From: a virus
Lineage: Duplodnaviria; Caudoviricetes
IMG/VR virus record: IMGVR_UViG_3300028887_000067
Coordinates: 244,246-308,245 of that record
Length of the DNA: 64,000 nucleotides
Reading direction: 5' to 3' (one strand)
Part shown: piece by piece, positions 17,884 to 27,936 of the stretch
Layout of the letters: the number at the start of each line of letters is the position of its first letter
How positions within the stretch are numbered: position 1 is the stretch's first letter
The notes under the pieces: generated by a model
Told to the model about the DNA's origin: nothing
Databases searched by the model: none
What the model saw: only the letters and a program-made list of their open reading frames with translations
Translations under genes and position numbers: made by a program

Positions 17884-19165
17884 GTTCGGTCCAGTCCATC
17901 GCGTAATGCACGATGGTATTGCCGATAGTTATCGCTATCGTCGGTGGAACCTGTTTGGCACGACGGGCATAGTCCTCCTCGGTCAACCGGCGCACGGCCT
18001 CGCCGTACTCCTTTCCGGGGGCGATGCCCATCGAGGCCACCTTTTTCCGGATGTCGGCGGGGTCGGTATGGTTGTCCTTCAGGAACAGTGCCGTCTGCAG
18101 GCGGATGGCGAAATCCGAGCAGCGCTCGACCGTGTAGCCGGTGGCGGCGATCAGGGTGACAAAGTCGCCGCTGATAAACCTGACCGCGTCGGTCCAACTG
18201 GTCTCCCAGTTACCCGAATCCACGACGTGCTTGTTCTGGACATACCATTGGAACAGGTCCTTCTCCTCCCTGGTGGGGACGAGGCTTTCCAGCGTCTGGT
18301 ACGGGCTGTGGGACAGGAACGCGAGGACGGGCACCAGGTTGCGTTCGTTCAGGAGAACCTTGGGCGCGTGTTCCGTCAAGAAGGTACGTGCGTACATCCT
18401 GGGCAGGGCGGACAGCAACGACATCTTGTTGCATTGCGACAGCGCCTTGATGTGATGCATTATGTCGAGATCCAGCACCATGTTCACGAACGTGTAGAAG
18501 TTGCCGCGACTGACGACACTCATGAACTCCTTGCGCACGCGCTCAAGAGTGAGGCCGTCGAGCTTATCGGCGTTCCGCTTAATCGAGTCGGCCGTGTCCT
18601 TGTCGAGGGAATATCCGAACACGTTGGCAAACCTGAGGGCGCGAATCATACGGAGCGCGTCCTCGCCGAACCGCTGGTCGGGGTCGCCCACCGTGCGAAC
18701 CCTCCTGTGGACTATGTCGACGACGCCGTCGAAATAGTCCACCACCTCGCCGTTGTCGTCGAGACCCATCGCGTTAATCGTGAAGTCGCGACGAGACGCG
18801 TCCTCGCGGAACGTCTTGGCGAACGTAACGGAATCGGGATGGCGCCCGTCGGAATATTCGCCGTCGTTACGGAACTGGGTGACCTCGAACGCCTCGCCAC
18901 AATGAAGGACAAGGATGGTACCGTGCTTTTCGCCGTTATTGCTCCTTGTCGCGTATTGCTTTTTGAGGGAATCGATGGGCATGTTCGTGGCGATGTCGAC
19001 ATCGTGGATGTCGAGCATGTCCGACTGCCGGAGATCGTACCTGACAAGATCCCGAACACATCCGCCGACGGCGTACGCCTCGTAGCCGAGTTTCCTGATG
19101 TCGGAAACCAAGGACATCGCGTCCTCGAGCAGCTTAATGTTGTACTTGTGGTAATCTATCTTCAT
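17870..19165 (-). CDS. cca: CCA-adding tRNA nucleotidyltransferase (class II)
   Basis: VGGCVRD, DVDIAT, FEVTQFR, RRDFTINAM, RFGEDALRMIRALRF, ERVRKE. Confidence 0.92.
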   Translation of the reverse strand: MKIDYHKYNIKLLEDAMSLVSDIRKLGYEAYAVGGCVRDLVRYDLRQSDMLDIHDVDIATNMPIDSLKKQYATRSNNGEKHGTILVLHCGEAFEVTQFRNDGEYSDGRHPDSVTFAKTFREDASRRDFTINAMGLDDNGEVVDYFDGVVDIVHRRVRTVGDPDQRFGEDALRMIRALRFANVFGYSLDKDTADSIKRNADKLDGLTLERVRKEFMSVVSRGNFYTFVNMVLDLDIMHHIKALSQCNKMSLLSALPRMYARTFLTEHAPKVLLNERNLVPVLAFLSHSPYQTLESLVPTREEKDLFQWYVQNKHVVDSGNWETSWTDAVRFISGDFVTLIAATGYTVERCSDFAIRLQTALFLKDNHTDPADIRKKVASMGIAPGKEYGEAVRRLTEEDYARRAKQVPPTIAITIGNTIVHYAMDWTEPNKC

Positions 19166-19185
19166 TTTGCCTCGCTTTTGGGCTA

Positions 19186-19260
19186 AATATAGAAGAAACT
19201 ATTAAAAATGTCAATACTTCTCGGAAAACTCTTGACGGGCACCCAGTTTAAATGTATATT
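19186..19260. promoter_or_regulatory. Divergent sigma70-type promoters
   Basis: minus: TTGACA(19214-19209)-17-TATATT(19191-19186); plus: TTGACG(19232)-17-TATATT(19255). Confidence 0.75.
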
Positions 19261-19282
19261 GCGTACAAAACACGAGGACACA

Positions 19283-20119
19283 ATGCCAGAATTAAACGAC
19301 GACAAGTACAAACTCCACGACGAGCCCGTCGTGGTCCACCACCCAGCGGGGAATATCGCCAAGCGCATCCAAAGCGAGCCGGCCATCCATATCCTCGTAG
19401 ACCTCGAGGGTACTGTCATAGAGTCGCTCAGGAATCCCCGATTGCTCATATACAACTGCGTGAACATCAGCGAGTTCATCAAGACGCGGATCGCGGTGAT
19501 GAGGAAGCCGGTAGTAGTCGACATTTTCACGTGGGGATGGAAGACGAAGGACGAAGTCAACGGCGAGCTCGTCGAACAAGTATACAACAGCATCGGGGTC
19601 TACTCCGAACATCGCGGCTCCGTGTTCGTCAAGGAGGATTCCGTCGACGTCTGGTTGGACAGAACTCACGACGTGCAGGATAAGGATGCCATGAAGCGGA
19701 TTCTTATGCAACCCGGCGGAATGGGCAAGTTTATGGTTAGGAAGGCCAGTTGCGCCATCGACCTGCTGGGTGATAACGACGAGGCCATCCTGATCGACGA
19801 CACGGTCATCGACGGCGTCGACACCGCTCCCGGCAGGTACGGGCGCAGGGTCACCTGCGTCAACCCGAACACCCTTCTCGTCAAGGTGCATAACGAGCTC
19901 GGCATGTTCCAGTCGGAACTCATGCTATGCTCCCCTGACGGGAAGTACGTCGGATGCGTGAAGAACCGCGCAGCGTATGACGACGTGCTATCCCAGATAC
20001 GAAAGAAACATCTGGAAGGCTTTTACTTCATGCTCAATACGGGGCGCGTATACATCAGTGCCGACGGCGATATCGTCGACCCCACGCCCGAGTTCAAAAT
20101 CATTATCAAAGAGGACTAA
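19283..20119 (+). CDS. hypothetical protein, possibly HAD-like
   Basis: GAGG RBS; ILVDLEGT and ILIDD motifs. Confidence 0.55.
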   Translation: MPELNDDKYKLHDEPVVVHHPAGNIAKRIQSEPAIHILVDLEGTVIESLRNPRLLIYNCVNISEFIKTRIAVMRKPVVVDIFTWGWKTKDEVNGELVEQVYNSIGVYSEHRGSVFVKEDSVDVWLDRTHDVQDKDAMKRILMQPGGMGKFMVRKASCAIDLLGDNDEAILIDDTVIDGVDTAPGRYGRRVTCVNPNTLLVKVHNELGMFQSELMLCSPDGKYVGCVKNRAAYDDVLSQIRKKHLEGFYFMLNTGRVYISADGDIVDPTPEFKIIIKED

Positions 20120-20121
20120 AC

Positions 20122-20961
20122 ATGACCGAACAAGTTCACCACACCACGCGTCGCCTCCACAAAGAACTGAGGCCTACCCATCTACTTAACGCAATCAAGA
20201 TGATGAAGGCGGCCAGCCCCAACTGGGTCGACTGGGTTCTGAACATCAGACAGTCCATGGGTATGGAATCGCTGTCCTATGACACACTGACCCGTCCCGA
20301 CGTGATTGTCGCCAAGACCATATTCGAACTCAAGGCAAAGCTAAAAGAGATCAATTCCGAGCAGCAGGCGCTTAACCGGCTGAACAAGGCCGTTCCTGCC
20401 TTGAGGAAGGATTTTCCACACGCCCACATTACGGATCTTATCGACAATGCCAGAAAGCACTGCAACGCGATTGTAGAGGCATCCGCCGCATGGCGCGATA
20501 TGCTGTCCCTGCTGGCGGAACTGCACAGGGTGTCCTGCGGGAGCATGCGTCTCGTCAACGACATCCTCCACAACATCAATCCCCAACGCTGGTACTCGAT
20601 CATATCCGTCGAAGTCACCAAAATGCTTTCGATATACGACACCCGCGAACCCGAATTCCGCTATAACCAGATTCCCGAATTTAATCCCCGTTTCCTCGGG
20701 GCCAACAGCACTATCCTGCCCGAAGACGGGACGAAGGGATGCGGCGTCCACGCCATTATCTTCGCCGGTTACGAACCTAACGGGCGCCCGATCCTGTTCT
20801 CGACGGACGGCACGTTCCGTTATGTCAAGAATCAGGCCGGCAAGAAAATCATCCAGTTCGACATGATTTCCGGCGAACCGATTTCCCCGCAGTGGCATAT
20901 CGTGTGTTTCCAGCCGTCGCATCCCGAGTTCGCCCGTCCGCGCAAGGACCAACCGGCATGA
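20122..20961 (+). CDS. hypothetical protein
   Basis: 279 aa, GAGG RBS. Confidence 0.7.
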   Translation: MTEQVHHTTRRLHKELRPTHLLNAIKMMKAASPNWVDWVLNIRQSMGMESLSYDTLTRPDVIVAKTIFELKAKLKEINSEQQALNRLNKAVPALRKDFPHAHITDLIDNARKHCNAIVEASAAWRDMLSLLAELHRVSCGSMRLVNDILHNINPQRWYSIISVEVTKMLSIYDTREPEFRYNQIPEFNPRFLGANSTILPEDGTKGCGVHAIIFAGYEPNGRPILFSTDGTFRYVKNQAGKKIIQFDMISGEPISPQWHIVCFQPSHPEFARPRKDQPA

Positions 20962-21518
20962 CCAAACCCGTACACGCATACTATCCAGGCTCGTTCAACC
21001 CGGTTACGCCGGGACATCTCGCCGTGGCGGCGAGCGCCTCCGTGCTATTCGAACGGGTGACGTTCCTGGTGGCCGTAAATCCGGCCAAGAACTACGGGGT
21101 GTCCGCCGAACAGAGAGCCGCTTGGATTCGCCGTTCCGTCGCCGGCATAGATAACATCGACGTGGAAATCCTGCCTCAGGGCGAGACCGTCGTCGGCCAC
21201 CTTGTCAAGGACCAGAACAACGTCATAATCAAGGGACTTCGGGGAGTGGCGGATGTGGAAAGCGAGTTCGAGCAACAGGTATACAACGAGATGCTGAACG
21301 ACATCGGCGTGCCTCTCCGGTTTATGTACATGTTCATCCCGCCGATGAAGTACATATCGTCGACCGGTCTACGCGACACGGCGAAGCTTGTCGATTACAA
21401 TAAATTCTTTTCGATGTTCAGCATAGACACGGCATTGCTTGACCAGCTTGCCTTACATAACACCTTACTGAGCTACAATACCATCCTGAAGGAAGTATAC
21501 GAGACTTACCATGGATAG
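20958..21518 (+). CDS. coaD: Phosphopantetheine adenylyltransferase
   Basis: YPGSFNPVTPGH, VAVNPAK, IKGLR...E, ISST motifs. Confidence 0.85.
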   Translation: MTKPVHAYYPGSFNPVTPGHLAVAASASVLFERVTFLVAVNPAKNYGVSAEQRAAWIRRSVAGIDNIDVEILPQGETVVGHLVKDQNNVIIKGLRGVADVESEFEQQVYNEMLNDIGVPLRFMYMFIPPMKYISSTGLRDTAKLVDYNKFFSMFSIDTALLDQLALHNTLLSYNTILKEVYETYHG

Positions 21519-22290
21519 CACAAAATTCGTCATAATTACAGGTCAGATGGGATGCGGAAAGTCCACGGTATGTTCCGACCTCCGTGAAATGGGCTACCTG
21601 ACCTGCGACTCCGACACGTTAGTACGCACCCTATACACGAAGGACAACATAAAGACGGCTTGTGCCAATGCGTTCGGAGAAGATGTACTCGACACCAACA
21701 AAAGCATCGACATCAAGGTGCTGGCCGAACGGTATTTCCGTCTGGACTATACGACGGGAAGGGTGGCGTTCGAGGATGTACTGTTCCCCGAATATGCCGA
21801 CTTGGTCATCGAGCGGTACAAGGACACGAAAAAGCTGGTGTTTATCGAGATCCCGCCAATTAAACAGATAGCCGAGTTCGGAAAGCGAATCAAGGTAGAA
21901 GGAGTCGCCTATATTCATGTTGACCCCGACGTACAGAGGGAACGCCTGCGGGCCCGTGGAATGAACGATACTGACATACTGAACCGTCTGATGTTGCAGA
22001 ACGCCAGCAACGTACTCGGTGGCCAATGGATATCCGGAATTGTCCCGAACGTAATCCACGGAAACACGTTCCCATACGACTATCCTTCAATTCGAATGGC
22101 TGCCGAAATCGTGTCTTTGTTCGCGTCGGATCTCGACAAGATGCACGCGTTCAGCCAACAGTTCAGTGGTTTCAACCGCTATACGCAAAAAAAGATAGTA
22201 TGCAAGATGTGGCACGATGCGCCATGCGGATGCACGAAGTGCCCATACCAGTGCAGCCCATACCAGTGCAATCGCGCAAGGGAGAGTTAA
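21511..22290 (+). CDS. coaE: Dephospho-CoA kinase with Cys-rich tail
   Basis: ITGQMGCGKSTV, DSD, EIP, QRERL.AR; adjacent to coaD. Confidence 0.8.
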   Translation: MDSTKFVIITGQMGCGKSTVCSDLREMGYLTCDSDTLVRTLYTKDNIKTACANAFGEDVLDTNKSIDIKVLAERYFRLDYTTGRVAFEDVLFPEYADLVIERYKDTKKLVFIEIPPIKQIAEFGKRIKVEGVAYIHVDPDVQRERLRARGMNDTDILNRLMLQNASNVLGGQWISGIVPNVIHGNTFPYDYPSIRMAAEIVSLFASDLDKMHAFSQQFSGFNRYTQKKIVCKMWHDAPCGCTKCPYQCSPYQCNRARES

Positions 22291-22291
22291 A

Positions 22292-22663
22292 ATGGGTAAA
22301 TTATTCTTTTTCTTATTGGGCATCGCGACCGGCGCCTGTATTGTCACCGGGATAATGCTGTTCACCGACTGGTTGTCAAGGGAACCGGCACCGCCGTGCA
22401 AGAACGAAAATTATATCGTGTGTTTCAAACCGGCCACGAACGAGATTACGGTTCCATATGTCAATATGACGATAAATGTGGGCAACGTGTCGATAAACAA
22501 TGCCGGAAATGTCGCATGCAAGTCGTTCCCGCTTAATGACTACATCATAGAACGTACATGGTTAACCCACCGTCTCTTTTTTACTAACAAGGTTAACCCG
22601 ATCGAAACGTTCGAATTCAACACATATGAACTGTCGTCACATCGCAAGCTATGTCTGGATTGA
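22292..22663 (+). CDS. hypothetical membrane-anchored protein
   Basis: GGAG RBS, N-terminal TM. Confidence 0.6.
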   Translation: MGKLFFFLLGIATGACIVTGIMLFTDWLSREPAPPCKNENYIVCFKPATNEITVPYVNMTINVGNVSINNAGNVACKSFPLNDYIIERTWLTHRLFFTNKVNPIETFEFNTYELSSHRKLCLD

Positions 22664-22774
22664 TTCAGTTTCCCGTTTCATATCAACCAGACAAGTGACG
22701 ACAGGCACCCCACCGCGATAGTCAACAAGGCTATGCCGGCCAAGTAGATAGTTTTCTTGAGTGGGGACATATCG

Positions 22775-23563
22775 TTAGACTGAGACGTTGCCATAATCCC
22801 TGATCTCCTGAAGTATGTTTTTTCGCATGATGGCTTTCATCTTCTGGCCGATGGAATCCAGATAACGGACGAGGTCGGCCTCGTTCGTCTTGTAATCCAT
22901 ATAGGCACCGAGCCGTCCATAGCTGATCGTGTTTTTTTTAGGCCCGAAATATGTGATTATCATGTCGTAATCTTCGTCTTCGTGCCTGCCGACCGAAAAT
23001 GTTATGGAGTAGCGGCCTAGACTAGCCGTGAAGAAAACATGGTCTGACCGCCTCGAGTTACGCACGGCATCTTTGTACGCCTCCAGCGTGTCGATATTGA
23101 GGTGGTGCGTGGTTAGCCGCTTCCCGTAGCTCTCGACTGCATCGAGAAGTTTCCCGTATGCAAGATGCAACTTGTTTAACCTATCCTCGGCATTAATCTC
23201 GGCAATCCGCTTGAGCTTGGCGTCCATGGCGACGTCATATTGTTCCTTCACGAAGTGGGCGAACTTTGAAAGCTCGTCTTCGTTCATGAAGAATGGTTCT
23301 ATACTGACCCCAAAAGCATTATAAGCAGTTTCGAGCTTGATATGTCTAGTTTCGTTTGGCCTAGTTACGACGCTCGCCCCGATAATTTCGTTCGGTGCCG
23401 GCATATTTATGTTCAGTATCTTGCCGTCCGGCATTTGAATCGTATGCAGCTCTCCGCCGTATTGGAAAAGTTGTCCGCACACGTGCTTGACGTGCTCGAT
23501 AAATCCCTGGTGACTGTCGACATGCTTGTTGAAAGCATCGTTGGTGGTTGCTATCGGTTCCAT
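22775..23563 (-). CDS. hypothetical protein
   Basis: 262 aa, AGGAG RBS. Confidence 0.7.
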   Translation of the reverse strand: MEPIATTNDAFNKHVDSHQGFIEHVKHVCGQLFQYGGELHTIQMPDGKILNINMPAPNEIIGASVVTRPNETRHIKLETAYNAFGVSIEPFFMNEDELSKFAHFVKEQYDVAMDAKLKRIAEINAEDRLNKLHLAYGKLLDAVESYGKRLTTHHLNIDTLEAYKDAVRNSRRSDHVFFTASLGRYSITFSVGRHEDEDYDMIITYFGPKKNTISYGRLGAYMDYKTNEADLVRYLDSIGQKMKAIMRKNILQEIRDYGNVSV

Positions 23564-23572
23564 AAGAGTCTC

Positions 23573-24349
23573 CTATCCATGAAACGCGTCGCCGTATTTG
23601 TAAGCCAACACGTCCGACAGTTTCGGTTCCTTACCATACTCGTCGAACAACGGAGCGCGGGTAGATTCCGGTTCACTACCACTGATATCCATAAGTTCTT
23701 GCAAACTCGCGTCGAAGAATCCGGAAGGATAGTCGACCACATGGCCTTCCTGAACAAACGACCCGTGCTCGTTCAATGTCATCGGCTTGCTGCGACCGTG
23801 CGTGGCGAAGTGGAAAAGACAGATGTTCGGCTTGTGCTCGTAATCGGTCGCCGTGAGATAGCGGATATGGTTGATGAAATGGAAACCGGGGTTCTGCATT
23901 GTCAGGCTTATGTTTTTCGTCCCAGCCTGCGCAAATACGAAGTCCGCGAACTTGATATCGGCTTCCGGCCAGAACGAACCCAGTATGATTGCCTGCAGCT
24001 GGTCTTTTGACGTGTCGGCGAAGTAAAGGCGCGTGACCCAAGTAGCCAGACGCTTGACCATAAAGTCTTGAAGGTCGTCCATATGGTTCATATATTCAAG
24101 CGATATGTCGGTCACCTTCCCGTCGCCATCGCGGTTCACCTTGATTGAACGACGCCCGTAACGCTTGGCAGCTTCCTCGGGCGTAATGCCCAGCATCCCG
24201 GAAAGGATGTCAGAGCATTTGGCGGCCTGTTCCAGCGCCCAGTCGGTATCGGCGTTCTTGATGTCGGGGTATACGATGCGCGGGTTTTGCGACGGACGGG
24301 GCCTGTCGATCAAGTGAGGCGAACCGGTATAGATGGTAATAGCGCCCAT
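23573..24349 (-). CDS. hypothetical protein
   Basis: 258 aa, AGGAG RBS, TGTATATTT upstream. Confidence 0.7.
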   Translation of the reverse strand: MGAITIYTGSPHLIDRPRPSQNPRIVYPDIKNADTDWALEQAAKCSDILSGMLGITPEEAAKRYGRRSIKVNRDGDGKVTDISLEYMNHMDDLQDFMVKRLATWVTRLYFADTSKDQLQAIILGSFWPEADIKFADFVFAQAGTKNISLTMQNPGFHFINHIRYLTATDYEHKPNICLFHFATHGRSKPMTLNEHGSFVQEGHVVDYPSGFFDASLQELMDISGSEPESTRAPLFDEYGKEPKLSDVLAYKYGDAFHG

Positions 24350-24400
24350 TGTTATATCTCCTGTTGAATGATAAAAATATACATTATATGACAGCCGGTG

Positions 24401-24889
24401 TCAATGTGAAAATCTTGGACAGGCCGGCTTCGGCAGTTCGTCGATTGCTTGCAATATGGCGGTCGTGACCAGGCTTTGAATACACCGGTCAGTTAATGGC
24501 CGACAATTACCGAAGGCATTTGATTCCAAGGTTTTCTCGATTAGAGTATTGATATAGACCGGCGGTCCATACGACATCACGAGTACCCGAAATCCGGCAG
24601 GCGGTTTGTTTAGCTGTACCTCATTGTTCAATCGCTTAGCTAGATATTCTCTGACCCGACTTATATTATTCATTGTCGTTATGGCAACAAACTTCTTGTT
24701 TAAATAATATCTGTCATTATCCGAACCTTGATACCACGGGAGATTCACATTGTCCTTATACATTACGCCAAATATGACGACAGTATATGAAGGAGACAGT
24801 GTCATGAAGTATCGCCACCGGCTTATGGAATGACGGATGCCAGCCAGAAAGCTGCATAGCAATACGAATCGTGCGATTTTTCCTTTCAT
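24401..24889 (-). CDS. low-GC signal-anchored paralog family member
   Basis: hydrophobic N-terminus then AGIRHS. Confidence 0.6.
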   Translation of the reverse strand: MKGKIARFVLLCSFLAGIRHSISRWRYFMTLSPSYTVVIFGVMYKDNVNLPWYQGSDNDRYYLNKKFVAITTMNNISRVREYLAKRLNNEVQLNKPPAGFRVLVMSYGPPVYINTLIEKTLESNAFGNCRPLTDRCIQSLVTTAILQAIDELPKPACPRFSH

Positions 24890-25404
24890 TCTCTAGTAGC
24901 CATTTTGTGCAACGATTTCGCACAGTCGACAAGTAGGTGTATATACAAATGTTCAGCGTAAGTCTTGACTGTTTCCCGTACGAGTTCTAACTCGTCGTGC
25001 CGAATAGTCTGTTCATTGCGCAAACGACCCAACCCATATTTTTTGCGTAGAACTACGACTTCTTGACGGGACTGGCATTCACGGACCGATATTCGCAAGT
25101 TAGAACTATGCTTATCCAATTCGGCGTTCACATATTTTTGGAACATATCTATACAATATTTGGTATCTAAATTCCACGGGGAAAATATCCGTCTTTCAAT
25201 GGTGTATCGTATGATCGACCCATTTTTATCGGTTACCCATATGAAGACTCTAATTCCCCTATGGTAACGCGCCATGAAACTTCCGACCCAACGCATGTAC
25301 AAACCGAGCCGAGTGACTCTCATCAATCGGTTGAACGAACGGAAACCCGCGTGAATAGCGACAATCGCGTATATGACGAGTAGACTGGTATTCTTCAAGC
25401 GCAT
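24886..25404 (-). CDS. low-GC signal-anchored paralog family member
   Basis: hydrophobic N-terminus then AGFRS. Confidence 0.6.
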   Translation of the reverse strand: MRLKNTSLLVIYAIVAIHAGFRSFNRLMRVTRLGLYMRWVGSFMARYHRGIRVFIWVTDKNGSIIRYTIERRIFSPWNLDTKYCIDMFQKYVNAELDKHSSNLRISVRECQSRQEVVVLRKKYGLGRLRNEQTIRHDELELVRETVKTYAEHLYIHLLVDCAKSLHKMATRE

Positions 25405-25487
25405 TACGACCTCTGGTTCGAAAGCGACCGCAGGTAGTTCGGCTGTGACGATTTTGTCATCATGGACAGGATCATTGTGTCTCCTTG

Positions 25488-25546
25488 ATGCCGGAAATAT
25501 AGCAATATGTGGCCGTCACGTGCCGTTATTGCTATATTTCCGGCAT
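25488..25546. promoter_or_regulatory. Perfect 20-bp inverted repeat carrying two divergent TGCTATATTT promoters
   Basis: ATGCCGGAAATATAGCAATA (25488-25507) / TATTGCTATATTTCCGGCAT (25527-25546). Confidence 0.75.
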
Positions 25547-25582
25547 AGGCAATCCCGCCTATTCATTTTCGAGGCTATACAA

Positions 25583-26416
25583 ATGGACCACAAACCTAAA
25601 ATGAAGCTGATGACCATCACACCCAAGATGGCCGCTGACATTCTCGAACGTACCGCGAAAGCCGGCGTCAAGAACCGCAACATAACCCAGTCCACGATTG
25701 AGAAATACGCCAACGCGATCAAGAACGGCCGCTGGAAGCTGAACTCGCAGACTATCGTCCTCGACGAGAACGGATGCATTATCGACGGGCAGCACCGCCT
25801 GAGCGCCTGCGTCCTCGCCGGCGTCCCGTTCACTACGTATGTGGCGAAGGGTCTCGACCGCGACGAGGTGTTCGACACTATCGACTGCGGGCGCACCCGT
25901 ACCCTGTCGCAGCTCCTCGCTATGCAGGGGCGCAAGTACAGCCGCAGTATTTCCGGCATCATCACCGGATCCGCCGAAATTATGAGCGAAGGCCACACGG
26001 CTAACCACAGCCGCTGTATCTCCAACCAGGACGGGATGGACGAGTACTACCGCAACCAGTCCCACTACGACTTTGCCGCAGAGGTCGGCGTTCCCAGTGT
26101 GGTGTATTCGAGGAGCATGACCCCGAAACTTGCAGGCGCCATCGCCTACGTGCTCGTCCACCATCTCCACCAGGACCCCGCCGTGGTCAAGGACTTCGTC
26201 ATCGGGATCAACTCCATTTCCACCCACAGCAACAAGACCATCGACTCCGTACGCAAGTGGCTTGCTCGTCACTCCCACACGAAGATTTCCGAGCGCATCA
26301 AGCTCGCCAACGTGATCAACGCATGGAACGCCTTCGCGACCGGCTCGGACAAGTTTACACCGGGCGACCGTTGCCGCATCGACCCGATGCCAAAGTTCGT
26401 CCCGATGTCCAAGTAG
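25583..26416 (+). CDS. ParB/DGQHR-like domain protein
   Basis: NR.I, G.W, IIDGQHRL, ID.GR.R motifs; GAGG RBS. Confidence 0.7.
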   Translation: MDHKPKMKLMTITPKMAADILERTAKAGVKNRNITQSTIEKYANAIKNGRWKLNSQTIVLDENGCIIDGQHRLSACVLAGVPFTTYVAKGLDRDEVFDTIDCGRTRTLSQLLAMQGRKYSRSISGIITGSAEIMSEGHTANHSRCISNQDGMDEYYRNQSHYDFAAEVGVPSVVYSRSMTPKLAGAIAYVLVHHLHQDPAVVKDFVIGINSISTHSNKTIDSVRKWLARHSHTKISERIKLANVINAWNAFATGSDKFTPGDRCRIDPMPKFVPMSK

Positions 26417-26436
26417 TTTCTGTTGCCACTGAATAC

Positions 26437-26467
26437 AGGGCGCCCCTCGCGGGACGCCCTTTCTTTA
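26437..26467 (+). terminator. Rho-independent terminator
   Basis: AGGGCG..CGCCCT stem followed by TTCTTT. Confidence 0.6.
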
Positions 26468-26468
26468 T

Positions 26469-27936
26469 GACAAAGAGGCGGTCGCAAGCTCACACCCTTT
26501 AGGGTGTGGGTAAGACCCGCCGATTGTGAATGTAAGAAATAAATTACATAACAAGACTACTAAATCATATTATATTTGAGTTGGATAGTTATAAACTTTA
26601 AGCGAAGTCAAGAATTTAAATATGGAACTTGTAAGAAGCGAAGATACGAAGGCCAAGATACGGGCGAGCATGTCCGCAACGAAGGCCAGACGGCAGACGC
26701 AAGTCTGTCGAGTATTCGAGCTTAAAGTTTCCATCAGGCACAATCCGAAGGAAACCTTCCAAAAGCTGTCCAACTGTTTCAAGGAAGCGAAGTGGGTAAT
26801 CAACGACATGCTGTCGTTGTCCAAGGATAATCCAGACAACAGCATGTTCGACTACAAGTACACCGAGCATAAGGATGTAGTCCACTACGACAAGGACAAG
26901 AACCCGATAACGGATACAGTCACATTGCCGTCAGTTCTACATAGGGCAACCGTAGCTCAGAAGAAGACGGATATTGTCAACCTTGCCAAGGCCAAGAAGA
27001 AAGGCATCAAGGTCGGTGCGTTGAAGTTCAAGTCGGAAGTCAACTGCCTACCAATTATTACCGGATTTACGCAGATTCTGGACGGATGTCGAATAACCAT
27101 TCCTGGCTTTCGTAAGCTCCGTGTACACGGCCTTAATCAATTACATCAATTTGAGAAGTTTGAACTTGCCGATGCCAAGCTGATTAGGAAGGCATCCGGC
27201 TACTACGTGAAGATTAGCGTAATGCTACCGAAGGAGAAGAGGATTCCTACCAACCGCAACGTTGGTCTCGACTTCGGCATAAAGGATTCCATAACGACAT
27301 CGTACGGTGACAAGTACAAGTGTAATGTGCGAGAAACAGACCGCCTAAAATTCCTGTCGCGGAAACTTAACCGTAGAGGGAAGAAAAAGAACGAGAAGGG
27401 GTCGAAGCTGTATTACAAGTGTCTTCGTCAACTGAATCGTGAGTATGAACATATTGCCAATGTCCGCAAGGACATTGCCAATAAAATCTACCACAAACTG
27501 GTAACCGATTATGATGTTATCTACTTTCAAGATGAGCAGATAAAGAACTGGCATAAGGGACTGTTCGGAAAACAGGTGCAGTCCTCGTGTCTTGGCGCAT
27601 TGAAACAACGGCTAGTTGCATTGGAAGCATCCGGTCGTAGCTTCAAGATTTCCAAGTGGGAACCGACTACCAAGCTATGTCCAGTATGCGGTACTATCAA
27701 CCATCCTACTCTTGCCGACCGTATCTATAAGTGTGAATGTGGTTATACGATGGATAGGGATGTTCATTCTGCCCGTGTAGTCTTGATGATTGGCTCCTCA
27801 AAAAGAGCTGAGTGCTTGGAACAAGCCTCGCCGGAGCTGAGTCCGCTACCGACTTGCAATCCGATTGCAACTAGGCAAGACTTGGCGTCGATGGCACAAC
27901 ACGAAGCTCACCGCCTTTAGGCGGTGGGTAGTTCAC
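26469..27936 (+). mobile_element. IS200/IS605-family non-autonomous element (tnpB only)
   Basis: left hairpin AAGCTCACACCCTTTAGGGTGTGGG (~26486) and right hairpin GAAGCTCACCGCCTTTAGGCGGTGGGTAGTTCAC (27903-27936); left boundary inferred. Confidence 0.8.
26622..27920 (+). CDS. tnpB: TnpB RNA-guided endonuclease
   Basis: VGLDFG (RuvC-I), FQDE (RuvC-II), CPVCG/CECG zinc finger, DRD (RuvC-III). Confidence 0.92.
   Translation: MELVRSEDTKAKIRASMSATKARRQTQVCRVFELKVSIRHNPKETFQKLSNCFKEAKWVINDMLSLSKDNPDNSMFDYKYTEHKDVVHYDKDKNPITDTVTLPSVLHRATVAQKKTDIVNLAKAKKKGIKVGALKFKSEVNCLPIITGFTQILDGCRITIPGFRKLRVHGLNQLHQFEKFELADAKLIRKASGYYVKISVMLPKEKRIPTNRNVGLDFGIKDSITTSYGDKYKCNVRETDRLKFLSRKLNRRGKKKNEKGSKLYYKCLRQLNREYEHIANVRKDIANKIYHKLVTDYDVIYFQDEQIKNWHKGLFGKQVQSSCLGALKQRLVALEASGRSFKISKWEPTTKLCPVCGTINHPTLADRIYKCECGYTMDRDVHSARVVLMIGSSKRAECLEQASPELSPLPTCNPIATRQDLASMAQHEAHRL

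Noticed and set aside
25404-25475. 23-aa minus-strand ORF with AAGGAG RBS overlapping the next start (TAATG)
   Set aside because: Too short to support; could be a leader peptide or remnant but no further evidence
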